In this document: piece by piece, positions 1-12,171 of the stretch | Layout: each line of letters starts with the position of its first letter | How positions within the stretch are numbered: the first letter of the stretch is position 1 | Assembly (NCBI GenBank): GCA_050575255.1 | Contig: JBNZDD010013709.1 | Location: 2,572,220 to 2,636,219, forward strand | DNA: 64,000 nucleotides | Reading direction: 5' to 3' | Source of the DNA: Harriotta raleighana | Lineage: Eukaryota | Translations under genes and position numbers: made by a program | The notes under the pieces: generated by a model | What the model saw: only the letters and a program-made list of their open reading frames with translations | The model's database searches: none | Told to the model about the DNA's origin: nothing

Positions 1-789
1 CTTCTGGCTTTGGCTTGTTTTTCTCTGCTGCAATGTTCTTTGCCGTCCACTCCAGCGAGAACTAGACATGCTCCTTTCCGTGGTCTACTCTGGCGAGAGC
101 TAGACTAGGATCTCTATCTCCCTTCAGAGGTCCGTTCATTTCTGACCTCTTTCATTCCTGCTATAATGTTATACTTCTACCGTCTATGCCACCGTGTTAT
201 ACTTCTCGACATTTCAAAGCGTTCCACCCAATATATAGTGTAAAGTGTTTATTTGCAAACCTTTTCTTGGCATTCTTCCCTATCTTCAAGTTAGTTACTT
301 TGTATATCTTAAGATTTGCTCCATTCCATCTTATCTAGCCTGACCAGACCTCCTGACTTACTTGTCCTTGATGGTCTGAACATTTTCAATAACACATTGT
401 CCTGTCTTTGGCTCTGCCTGTGTGACTTATTTGTCTGAACATTTCTCAGCCCTTTCAGCGCTATTCTCCCAATCCCATTATCTAGTCACATTCAAGTGTA
501 AGTCTATCTCCTTGTTTCTATAGTGAACTGTGTGGGTTTGTTTGTGTGTTCCAAACCACATGGCATCTTTTGTTTAATACATTTGATTATTTACTACATG
601 ATCAATAATGCTTATACTATAATTTCAACTATTTACAAGGTTCTGGATTACGAAGTGCAATTTTAGGATAGGCACCAGCATATTTTTGGAAACTAATCAA
701 GAACAGGGGTAAGGGTTACCAGGGGGGATGGTCAATGCCGGGAAATTAGGCACTGTTTTAGAAAACAGCTTCATGATGTAATGGGAAAA

Positions 790-1030
790 CAACAACAAAT
801 TACACTTGTATAGTGCCTTTTCGCATTAGGAGGCTGTCCCAAGGTGCTGGACAGTCAGAGATCCACATCAATGTTGGTGGTTGGGATCAGGATGGTGCAA
901 GGCAGGGTGAGTAAGGGTAGGAGGGTGATTGAAGGCACTGTTGAGGAGGAGGGCATTGAGTCTGGTCTTGAAGGAGGAACTGTGGGATGCAATCCAGGGA
1001 GATTGAAGGCCCACTTGCCAATGTAGAAGA
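790..1030 (-). mobile_element. L2-clade LINE 3' fragment
   Basis: Reverse copy of the L2 tail (gcaccttgggacagcctcctaatgcgaaaaggcactatacaagtgtaatttgttgttg) plus the end of ORF2. Confidence 0.8.
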
Positions 1031-1685
1031 TGATTAGTATTCTGGAAAATTGGGCAAAATGGGCAAAATGGACTTTATCATCTGAATTTCCCTTGCGAAC
1101 AGCGGGTTTGTCATGAGCCAAGAGAAGTGAAACTGAGAATGAGAAGTGTGATTTGACTCTTGGTCAAATTATATATCCTTCACACCAATATGCTATTGCA
1201 CAAGCCAGTCGTCACAACATTACAAGACTATTTCTTCAACACAGAGGCAATGACTCTGTGAGCTAAAAGTAGGAAAGATGAACAGACAGCTTTGATTTAA
1301 TAATTTTGCATAAAATGTGGGGATTGTGTGGAAAACATGATGTAGTGCAGTTAGATTGTATTTGCAGAATTAACATTTGTCAGCTATTTGAATACATTGA
1401 ATGCCATGAGAGATGGATACAGTTTTATGAATATGAGTAGCAATTCTACTTTGGGATATGCTTTTTAATTAGTGGTCCACATCAAATTTGGTGCAGAAAG
1501 CATTCTACAATTACCTTATGATTTGAGTACTCTGGCATGTTTATTCACCAAATCTAAATCACTTTATTTCATCTGTTAGATGTACTCAGTTAAACCTGAC
1601 TCATTTGGTATCCAATTAAAAGGTGAAAAAAAATCTCTTTATTCTAATGGCAAATTAACGGCTGCAGCATTCTCGAAAGTCTAAC

Positions 1686-2112
1686 ACATAGGAACAAGAG
1701 TAGGCCTTTCAGCCCTTCGAGCATGTTCAGCCATTTAATTACTTCATAGCTGATCTGTACAACAACAACAACAACAACAAAATTACACTTGTATAGCGCC
1801 TTTCACGTCGGGAGAATGTCCCAAAGTGCTGAACAGTCAGGTTGGGACCCAACCAGGGGTGAAGGTCGGGGGAGGGGGAAGGAGAGTGGGAGAGGGGGAA
1901 GAGTCAGGGGGCGGGGTGGGGGGGGGTGGGGGGAGTCGAACTGTACTTCCACTAATCCTTTCAATTCCAATTTCCCACTTTCACACTTCTCGTTTTCCCA
2001 GTATCCCTGAATATCCTGACCAAACAAAAATCTTTCAATCTCACTCTTGAAAGTTTGCATGGATCCACCATCCACAATCTTTTACAGGAGAGAATTCCAG
2101 ATTTCTACCACC
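1686..2112 (-). mobile_element. CR1 LINE 3' end interrupted by an L2 3'-UTR insertion (1761-1940)
   Basis: cataggaacaagagtaggcctttcagcccttcgag is a reversed CR1 3' end. The insert has (CAA)n plus the L2 tail and is flanked by CTGTAC at 1755-1760 and 1941-1946. Confidence 0.8.
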
Positions 2113-4429
2113 CTTAACGCCTTACAGTATAATCAAACACTGATTGCTAAACCACACTGATACTAGTTTAAAAACACGGCAAATTTGGTAATGAATAAAT
2201 ATTTTCAAGTTGACCCATATTTTTTATGCTTTTTTCAAAATTATTACATTTTAGAACTTTTATCGATAGTCCAATGAAGATCAGACACTTACAAATTAAA
2301 ATACTAACAAATATTATAGTAAATGTGTATTTTACAATAAAATCCCACTTTAATGATTTTAACAAAGTACTGTTTTTCTAAACACGTTGCCTGAGCTCTG
2401 ATTCCTCTTGTTGACAGAATAAACCAACTTCTGATCGTTTGCAACAATTTGATTTCAAGTAATGCCTGTGCTTTGAAAACAAAAGTGGGAGGAAATAATA
2501 TTAAATAATTTGTGTTTGTGTGTACACACCAAACTCTAGATAAGTTGTCATTCAAAGAAAAAGACTCAGCAATTAGTTATCCACAGTGGGGAGTTAGGCA
2601 TAGGTCCTCCCGGGTCACAGGAGGATGCAGTGACTGGTGCAGGCAGGTTCAGCGGAGATTGAGAGCATACGCTCAGATGCGTCGCAGAAGCCTCTGGTCG
2701 ATTAAAAGGTAACCCTGTGGCCTCCAATAGACCTGTGCAACGCATCTGAGCATGTGTAACCAACTTCAGCTGAGCTTCCATTTCAGTTACTAGCTAGGGT
2801 TGGAGGCCTCAGTAATGCAAGACACCATCTTATAGGACAAGTGATCTGATCAGTTTTACATTGTAAGTACCTAGAAGAATGTCAGAAATGAGTCTAGTTA
2901 TACATTAAATGGAGTGACAAATGACAACGCAATACAGATGTGCCCAACACATTAAAACGCATTGAATCTGTCCACACATCAGATTTAAAACAAATGTTTA
3001 GTTTGCCTGGAAAAACTAACGCGGATCCAACTTTTCTAAATTGTTATTCCAATTACAAATGTGGTGTGCGGGGGTGGGGGGGGGTAAGTGGAATTGAAAA
3101 TGCAAGACTATTGGTTCACTGTGTTTTTTTAAAAAGTAAATTGTAAATACTATTGTAAATTCCAAGCATTGTTGTAATCAATGTTACACTATTAAGTTTT
3201 CTGTCATTAACTGAAGGCTACAAACATGGTGCTGTATTTAAAATATACATCGTGGGAACAGGCAGCAGTATTTGTTTACTGGATCTCCTCACGCAAGAGA
3301 TTATTCATCACTTCCTCCTCTTACTCTCTGACTCAATGCAAATCCCTTGCTCTCCCATATTTCACATAATACTTAAACCACTCAACCCCTTTTGGATGAT
3401 TTGTTTTTTTTAAATCACGTATCTTTTCTGATGAGAATTGGGGGTTAAACAGAGGCAAAAAGTTAAAATCAAAAGCGATCTGAACAAACATGAAAATACT
3501 CCAATTCCTAAAGACAACTTTATTGAATGACTCTGGAAAGAAACCAGGAGGAACTTAACATCTCAGTGGGATTAAATGCCTGTGAGTTCTGCAGGAGAAA
3601 TTTGATATAGAATGTTCAGAATTTAGATCCCCTCCTTAAACCAGTATAAACTCCAATCATGAAATTTCACCCAGCTCACAGTCACTACTTGGAATAAATT
3701 TCTATGACTGTAATTGCAAATCAATGTGTTTTACAGTGTAGTTTTTAATAATTTATTGGGTATGTTTCCTTGCTCCACACACCTCTGTTTACCGAACAGT
3801 AGGTCTGAGCCAGTTGTTAGTGAATTGGCAGATTGATTTTCCAGGGGTAATAATCACTGCTAAAATAAATATTAATAACTTGATCATTCAATGTTTGTCA
3901 GACACTGCAGTGCACTATTTGCCTGCCGCAATTCTTCCACAAAACATCAAGTCAATTCAGTTTACGGTGTATTCTGTGAAGCACTTTGAGACATCTTGAA
4001 GATGGGATAATATATATATATCTATACATATATATATAAACATGTATATATCTATACATCTATATCAAATGTAAGACACACCTCACAGTACTATTGGTGA
4101 CTCAAGGAGTACTAGCTATATCCGATAAACTGCTTTGTCCCCCATAGCCAGCGGGCTGATGCTGTCCCACTGATCACTCACTCCTGGTCTCAGCGTGCGC
4201 ATTTTAGCTGTTGCCCTGAACCCAGCCTCCCCCACCATCCTAAATATCTCTCCTCGCACCCCTCTCTATCCTCTACTGTCACTAATCTCACTCCGTCCTT
4301 CGTTCCCACTGCCGCTCCGTCTTTTCTCTCTCCTGGACCCCATCACCATTTCCGTCTGCTCCAGTCTGAGCATCCACTGATCGCTCACTCCTGGTCCCTA
4401 CGTGCGCATTTTGGCTGTCGTCCCGATCA

Positions 4430-5040
4430 TGTGCATTCGTCACATCAAGGGTCGATTATGGAAACTCCCTCCTCATCGGCCTTCTTGGTTCTTCCCTTCA
4501 CAAGCTGCAGATCATCCAGAACTCTGCAGATTGTGTCCTCTCCCACACCAAGCTACATGACCATATCACTCCCACCCTTGCCTGGTTCCACTGCTTCCCC
4601 ATCCCCCAGAGAATCAAATTCAAGATCCTCATCATCACCTTCAAGGCCATTCAAGGCCTTGTCCCCTCCTATTTCCTACCTCCTCCTATGAACCTGCCCG
4701 CCCCCTCCGTTCAGCGGGCTCCAGTCTGCTCCATGTCCCCCGCCTGGCCCGCCCTACCATTGGAGGCAGGGCTTTCAGCCTCTCTACCCCCACACTCTGC
4801 AACTCCATCCCACAGTCCCTTCACCTCGCTTCCTCCATTGTCTCCTTTAAGGCTGGTCTCAAGAGCCTCCTCTTCAATCGTGCCTTCTGCTGCCCTCCCA
4901 ACTCTCTCTCTCTCCTCCTAACTCTCTTCCGACCCTCCCCCCATCCCTCTCCCTTGCTCAGATCTCAAACTGACTGTTCAGGGCCTTGAAACATCCTCCT
5001 GACGTGAAAGCCACTCTATCAATGTAATTTTGTTGTTGTA
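4430..5040 (+). mobile_element. L2-clade LINE 3' fragment
   Basis: Degenerate ORF2 C-terminus (..HKLQIIQNSA..WFHCFPIPQRIKFKIL..) ending in the tail gacgtgaaagccactctatcaatgtaattttgttgttg. Confidence 0.88.
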
Positions 5041-5044
5041 TCTA

Positions 5045-5840
5045 CACACTCCCTTTTGGTGTTGTCATTTGGAGACATGGGGTACACATGTATGAGGATG
5101 ACAATCAACTCTATGTTTTCACCTCAATTTGCGACCCCCAGTCCCCTGATGTTCTGTCAGCCTGTCTTTCAGACATCAGGAGCTGGATGAGTGTGAATTT
5201 CCTTCAGCTCAATGTTGACAAGACAAAAACCATACTCTTTGGCTCTCGTCGACATCTTCAATCCCATGCCTCTCACCTCCTACACCTTCCCAGCCTGCCC
5301 CCAAAATTCTCCACACCCGCAATTTAGGCATCAAGTTCGATCCCAATTATCCTTCCTCCCCCACATCCAGTCCCTCACTAGCACTGCTTTCTTCCATCTC
5401 TGACGCATCGCCCATCTCCGTCAATATCTCACCCCAAAGCTGCCGAAACACTGGTCCATGACTTTGTCACCTCTCGGCTGGACTATTCAAATACCCTCCT
5501 CGCCATTTTCCCTTCCGCCACCATTCACAAAATCCAGGATATCCAAAATTCTGCCACCCGCATCCTCACCCGTCCAAATTTCGCTCCCTGATTACCCCAG
5601 TCCTTGTCAGATCACTGGCTCCATGTCTCGGAGCAGATCAATTTCAAGATTCTCACTGTTGTTTTCAAATCCCTCCATTCCTCTGCACCACCCTAACTCT
5701 TTGACCTCCTCTTTCCTCACAACAGCACCTGTTGCGTTCATTCTACTAGGTCTGGCCTCCTCCTTGTTGCCCGAATCCTATGTACCCCCGTCAGCGGCTT
5801 TGCCTTCAGCCACTATATTCCAAGACTCTGGAACACTCCC
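5045..5840 (+). mobile_element. L2-clade LINE RT/C-terminal fragment (second subfamily)
   Basis: HMYEDDNQLY (decayed YADD motif) and ..DIRSWMSVNFLQLNVDKTKTILFG in ORF 5088..5327; similar copy at 51080-52200. Confidence 0.88.
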
Positions 5841-7270
5841 TTGAAACATCCTCCTGACGTGAAAGCCACTCTATCAATGTAATTGATAACTCCCTGCCTC
5901 ACTCCCTTGAAACTTTTCAAAGCACTCTATAGGTAAATGTTCACTAAATGAATTTAATGACGATGTTTTTGTAGGCAAATGTGGCAGTTGATTTGCACAC
6001 AGCAAAGTCTAAAAAATGACCATTAAATGAAAGCTGAACTTATCTGGAGGTTTGTTGGCAAGATATTGGGACATATCCCCATTTAATTTCTTTAATGGTG
6101 TCTTGAAATCAACCAGAAAAGGAAGACAGGATCTTGATTAAACACATCTCATCCAAAGGATGGCATCTACAACCCCGAGTGCTCATTTTGTATTGCATTG
6201 GAATGTCAGCCTGGGATAACTAGTTGAAGTTTCTTTGTTGATTTATGACAGAAGAACTGAGCTCCTGCTAATTGGTATGTCTGCAATGACCTGGTCACCA
6301 GTAGCACATTGCACATCTTCCAATTCAACTACTTTCACAAAGTATCTAGCTAGCTGTTTCAAGATGCACTACTGCAACTGAGTCAGAGCTTGATGCTCTA
6401 CTGGCCCAAACAAAGCCAAACTATTCCATTAATGGGTAAATAGCTGATTTATATCCAACAACCCTAAGAACAATGGAGGTGATGGGAGGCAAGCCTTTGC
6501 CAACTGGTCTATTGTTCAGTGTTCTGATGGTGACCAACCTCCAACAAGCTGTGATTCATTGGACACCTGCCAGACAGCCTAACCAACGTGTAAACAAGTG
6601 AGGTTCCATCAACAGAGAAGATGCTGTGTGCCCTGCAATCCTCACATCGGCTGCTGAGCTGCCTAGCTCAAATCAGTCAAGGTACAGCTATCGAGCTACT
6701 GACAGCCTACTTACAGGCAATGTGCAACTGTGCAAACTGCATTCTTTCCAGCTGAGCTACTGAAACTAGATGCAGTAGGCTAAGGTGTTATGACCACTTT
6801 ATGGCTTATCTTGCATTTGGGTTGTCCACTGATTACTATTATAGTGAGTTGATCTTTCTCCCTAGAGAATCAATCTAGATTGAGTAACAAAATAGTGATT
6901 GTTCAACTTGAATCCGGTCAAAACCTTCAAGAACAACTAATAGTTTCTATATACCTTTTATGTCAAAAACATGTGGAAAGGGCTTCATAGAATGAGATTC
7001 ATTAGAACTTAAGTGTCTGTTCTTATGGAGGCAAACAGCAGGTCCTACAAATAAATAGGATAAACAGAGGATCAGTAGAATTTGTGGGATGAATTTGGTT
7101 GAGGAGGGACCATAACCCAGGATAAAGATGAGGAAAATTCCTTTTTTTTAATATCCAGGGTCAGGGTTGTTTCATTAATATGTACACGGCTCAATTGATA
7201 AAGGGAGTGATTATATAGAAATAAAAAGACAAACATCACATTTGTGTTGCATACAAAATTTACAGAGGCA

Positions 7271-7643
7271 ATAATAATGTATATTAATCCTTGCATTTGA
7301 TATACTGTAGTCTGGTTGCATCTTTTGAGATGTCTCAAAGTGCTTCACAGAATATACTGTAAAGGGAATTGACTGTGTATTTTGTGGTTGAAACGTGGCA
7401 ACCAATTGCACACAGCAGTATCCCACAAACATTTGTGGACTGAGTGACCAATTTTTTTTGGAAGGAATTGTTACTCCCAGAAAAGTGATCTGCCAATCAA
7501 TTAACAATGGGCTCCTACTTACTGCTAGGTAAACAGAGACATGTGGGGTAAGGAGACTTGCCCAACATTTCGCCCTGCCGGGAATTGAACCCAGGTCTCT
7601 CGCTTGCTAGGCAAGCGCTCTAACCACTGAGCAACAGGACTCC
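7271..7643 (-). mobile_element. Full-length tRNA-derived SINE with L2-type 3' tail
   Basis: Reverse strand head GGAGTCCTGTTGCTCAGTGGTTAGAGCG..GGTTCAATTCCCGG has Pol III A and B boxes. Body and tail (..tatatcaaatgcaaggatt..) are shared by many copies in the window. Confidence 0.9.
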
Positions 7644-8099
7644 CAAGGCAAATGTGTCGAATGCACGTATAGGAAGCCAAGCAGATGGTTGAATTGAGAC
7701 ATGCTGTATGATCAGTCATCTCTCTGTGCAGAGCTACATTTTTAAACCACATTAATTTGATTCCCCTGAAAACTATTGCATTTCACATCCAGTTCTTGCT
7801 AACAATCTCTCAAGTAAAATTGGTCATTACTTCATGACAGGACATTGCTGTGCTCAAATTGGCTGCCACATTTACCTAAAACTGCATTCACAACACTTCA
7901 CAGTAAATTCTGTGAAGCACTTTGAGGTATTCTCCTGATACAAAAGTTGCTTTAATAATCCCTGCTTTTGGACAGTGCTTTACATGAAGAGCTTCACATG
8001 ATGACTGAGTTTCATGGCTGAATGTGGCAGCCAATTTTTACACGACAATGCCATGCAAATGGACATGAAGTTAGTGAGTAATTTTATTTGGGGGTTTAT

Positions 8100-9232
8100 C
8101 AGGGTCGGCACAAGGATATTTGGCGCCTAGGCGAGCCTTCAGATGTCCGCCCCCTAGTAACTTTTGATTAGCTAATGTTAATACTAAAAATTCATATCAT
8201 TAATTATCAATGAAAGTAATGGTAACAGTTATACATTTATTTATTTATGAAACATACGTCTGTTATATTTAAGTATTAAGCATACACACACAAAAGCACA
8301 CTTAATATGTAAAGGCACATCATTCACTTGTAGATAAGTGTGTCTATGTCATGTCTGTATGTATATATGTGTGTACATCAATTCATATATGAATATAAAT
8401 GTGCATGTATGTCAGGAACAGATGCATATCCTAATGGGAAAATACGTAAAGTGGAAGCAAGGCTTTGCCCAAGAGTTAGTCAGACAGTCACACAGTCAGT
8501 CACATCTCACAGGGAAACTTTTTCTCATTCCCTCTTTTACTTTTTGTGTCTGTAACATTTGGACACAGATTTTAATAACTTTTATTTAGCGGATCGTACA
8601 AACAAAAAGTATGTATGTGCGATCTGCAATCAAGATAAATTGTGGGTAACAGCAAATATTTATCTTTAATGGAAATTATAATGCTGGAGACCCCCTTTTA
8701 CAACAAACAGAAATTTGTAGTTTCTTTTTTGTTGTATTTTTAAAAATAAAATGGAGTGTGTTGTGATTTTTTTTGGTGTGTGTATGGGGGGGGAGCGTCT
8801 GTATCTGTGTGTGTGGGGGTGTGTGTCTGTTTATGTGGGGGTGAGTGTCTGTGTGTGGGGGTGTGTGTGTGGGGGTCTGTGTGTGGAGGGGGGGGGGGTG
8901 TGTGGGGGAGTGTGGGGGAAATGACCTGACACTGGAGTGCTTTGTCATGCTCTCCCACACCGACCTCCTGGACCCGCCTCAGTGAGTGTTGGCGCCAAAC
9001 TCCGCTCTTTAAAGCAACAAGTGATGGGGAAGCTGATCAGCCGCCTTTCCCACCCACTCACTCACACGCTCACACTCTCTCTCACTCACTCACATCACCA
9101 TCTCCTCGTTATCTCCGCTTTAAATATTCCCTCCAAACCAGCCAATTCTGCCCTAAAAGCAGGGCTGGCGCCCCCCAAAATTTTGGTGTCCTAGCCGACC
9201 ACCTAGTTCCCCTAATGGTAGCGGCAGCCCTG
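8100..9232. mobile_element. Non-autonomous hAT-type DNA transposon
   Basis: Imperfect TIRs CAGGGTCGGC.. / ..GGCAGCCCTG; 8-bp target duplication GGGTTTAT (8092-8099) / GGGATTAT (9233-9240), 7 of 8 matching; no transposase. Confidence 0.8.
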
Positions 9233-9335
9233 GGGATTATTAGCCAAGACACTGAGAGAGACTCTTCTTTTTCAAATACTCTAGTACCAATAGGATCTTG
9301 AAGGTCAACCAGTCAGTTGAGACCTTAGATCTCTG

Positions 9336-9691
9336 TGACCTCCAAACACCCTACTAACCTGTCCGCTCCCTCCATTCAACAGGCTCGGTCCTGCTTCACG
9401 TGTCCGCCTTGCCCGTCCCACCATTGGCTGATGGGCCTTCAGCCTCTCTGCCCCCTACCCTCTGGAACTGCATCCCACAGCCTCCCACACCCCGTCCCCT
9501 CCCTAGCCTCCTTCAATACCCATCTCAAGACCTTCCTCTTCAACTGTGCCTTTGGTCACTCTCCTACCTCTCCTTCCCTTCTGACCCTCCTGTTCCCAAC
9601 CACCAGCTCAGGTATGGATCCCTAACTGTCCAGTGCCTTGGTATGTCCTCCTGATGTGAAAGGTGCTACACAAATGTCATTTGTTGTTGTC
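9336..9691 (+). mobile_element. L2-clade LINE 3' end
   Basis: ..LWNCIP..FNTHLKTFLFNCAF.. then cagtgccttggtatgtcctcctgatgtgaaaggtgctacacaaatgtcatttgttgttg. Confidence 0.88.
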
Positions 9692-12171
9692 TTGTTCGAA
9701 GGATGGTAGCTCTGACAAAGCAACAGCTCCACGTACTGTAGTACTGTAGTATCAGTTTATACTTATTCTCAAGTGTCAGTATAGGGCTTCAACCCACTAA
9801 CTCAGAGGCGAGAGTGCTACCAACTGAGCCAGGCTAACAACAAACTGCTGGATATCAACTGCAAGCATAATTATTATTATTTATTACTTCCAGAACTATC
9901 CATGACTGTTTGTGGGATACTGCTGTGTGCTTTCAGCTGCTGCGTTTTTGCCACAAACCTTCTTGATGTGCAAGACACAATATCAAATTAAGGATTTTTT
10001 AAACATATATATTATTTTACTCAAAACTATTGAAACCCACCTCAATAGCGCTTTGAGACATCGATAAGATGTCAAAAGCGCTATATCAAATGCAAGGTTT
10101 ATTATTATTAAGAAGGGGAAACCAGTCAAAGCAGTCCCTGTTATATATTAAAATAAAGCCGTATTTAGATTTGGAAAAGGCAGAGAATTCTTTACACAGT
10201 CCTGAGTTGGTTATTGTCCACAAGGGGAACCCAAGTCAATATTCTTACATTTCTGTCACAATCTGCAGTGACCAAACATACCATGAATGCAAAATATGCT
10301 GTAAACAAGAATAGCAAGTCAGAACGTCAGGGGAAAATGTTTCTCAGCAATGCGTCTCAAGTTTCAACAAGTGGCAAGGTGAAATAAACTCACAGAACAA
10401 CTGTGTGGAAAAATTGATTGCAATGCCACCTTCCCCCTTATGGGACTAAAGTTTGGGTGATTTTAAAAAACCATCCCATTAAAATCTTCACATATATTTG
10501 TGTTTTGCCTGATTTAGCACTACGCAATGTTCATGTCGATCCAAAATCCTGCTTAAAAAATTATTCCTTTTGAGCAATGTCAACAATTGTTGTTCCAACA
10601 TATTCGAAAAAATTAATAGAGGCAAATTGGGGATTTCAAGGTTAAACATGTTTTGTCTTCACTGTTGAGAAAGAGGCTGAAGGGCAAAACCTCCTCTTCA
10701 ATGTACAAATTTCTTCAAATGTGGTTAGTAAATCTATAATAATGAGTCTCTAAGTACGGGTCACTCTTAACTTCAATGTAGTGACTACAGTATATTTAAA
10801 ACCTGTCCTGAGGAGAAAGTCTTTGCCCATCTGGTTAAAACAAAATGCCTGCCTTCCTTCACATAATGTTTTCATACTCCATTGAACAGAATATGTGCTT
10901 AAACTGTGTTCATGCTGGCAGGGCAAGCCCAAAATGTGCTGAGGTAGCATGTACTTGTAGACATCATCAGGCTGAGCAAAGAGCTTGCTAGGTTAATACG
11001 CAACACCAGATTGCTGGGCAGAGAGAAATCTTATTGGATGACTGGTTCGCTTCTGCCCACTGTATGTAGCCTTTCCAATGATGTGTTAGAACCAGTAAAG
11101 TGAGCAAACTACTTGTTTGTTTTACGACTGCTATTAACACAATGTCATCTAAAGCACACTTTGCATTACTTCCATTGGTACTGTTTTTTGGCAGAAGTAC
11201 AACAATAATGTGAAAAAGAATCTTTTGGGTAGCATTCATTTTCTTCACAAGCTTGTTATATAGAATGCTATAGCGTGGAAGCAGGCCATGTTGCCTAACT
11301 ATTTGCTACCAGACTTGCTTTGTTAAATGGAAAATAATAATAGTCTTTGCACTCATTATAGCGCTTTATCCCATCATTGAGATGTCTCAAAACACTTCAC
11401 AGGATTTACAGGTTAATAAGATCTGGTGTATTATGTTGTCAAAACATCTCAACGTGCTTCACAGGATATAATGTAAAATGGTGTGAATGTGTGTATCTTG
11501 TGGGTGAATGCGGCAGATAATCTGTGCACAGCAATGTCCCATGAATCAAATGATCACTGTTTTCTTTCAGGGGTTGTTGGCCAAGACACTGGGAGAAATG
11601 CTATTTTCAAACAGTGAAATGGGATTCTTTAACATCCATCTGGACAAGCAGACAAGACCCCAGTTTAATTGAGGGAGAAAGGTAAGCTGCTCTGAAAAAG
11701 TAAAGGCCTCTTTGGTTCAGAGTAGATATAAGAATGTTTCATCCCTACTACACAAACATCTGAGCTTAATCAGGAATGGTTCACATAAGGCCTTCACTTT
11801 AACTAGCACCTGAGGATGATAATTGTCTCTTTCCTTTCCCCCTGCTTCAAATGTCTTAATCCCCTGCCAAACAATTCCCTCTATTTTATTATAGATATCA
11901 GGAAAATTGAGAAACGCAGATAGAGCTTCTAATTTGTATATAGAATATCTTATGGTGATTTGACTGTTCAGCGTCTTGGAACATCCTCCCAAAGTGAAAG
12001 ACTCTATATAAATATAATTCTTGATTGATTGATTGATTCTACACTGAGGTTATACTGAGCCCCTTGCTGACCAATATGCACACACATATTTGTTTGTTTC
12101 TGTTGTTCTATAACATTTTTCTTGTCATATTTCTTTATTTCAAATATTGTAATTTCCATTAAGCAAGACAA

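Larger units (their letters stand above)
7950..9836 (-). mobile_element. Deu-domain SINE (SacSINE1/AmnSINE1-like) split by two later insertions
   Basis: Head ctcagaggcgagagtgctaccaactgagcc at ~9801-9830. Deu-like core at 9692-9800 and 9233-9335, 3' part 7950-8099. The pieces are contiguous in uninterrupted copies at 32395-32805 and 44440-44830. Confidence 0.75.

Noticed and set aside
7570-7643. tRNA-like sequences (also ~16980, 23415, 36801, 47797, 60700)
   Set aside because: They are SINE heads: the acceptor stem is not closed, the anticodon varies between copies, and each runs into the same SINE body and tail.
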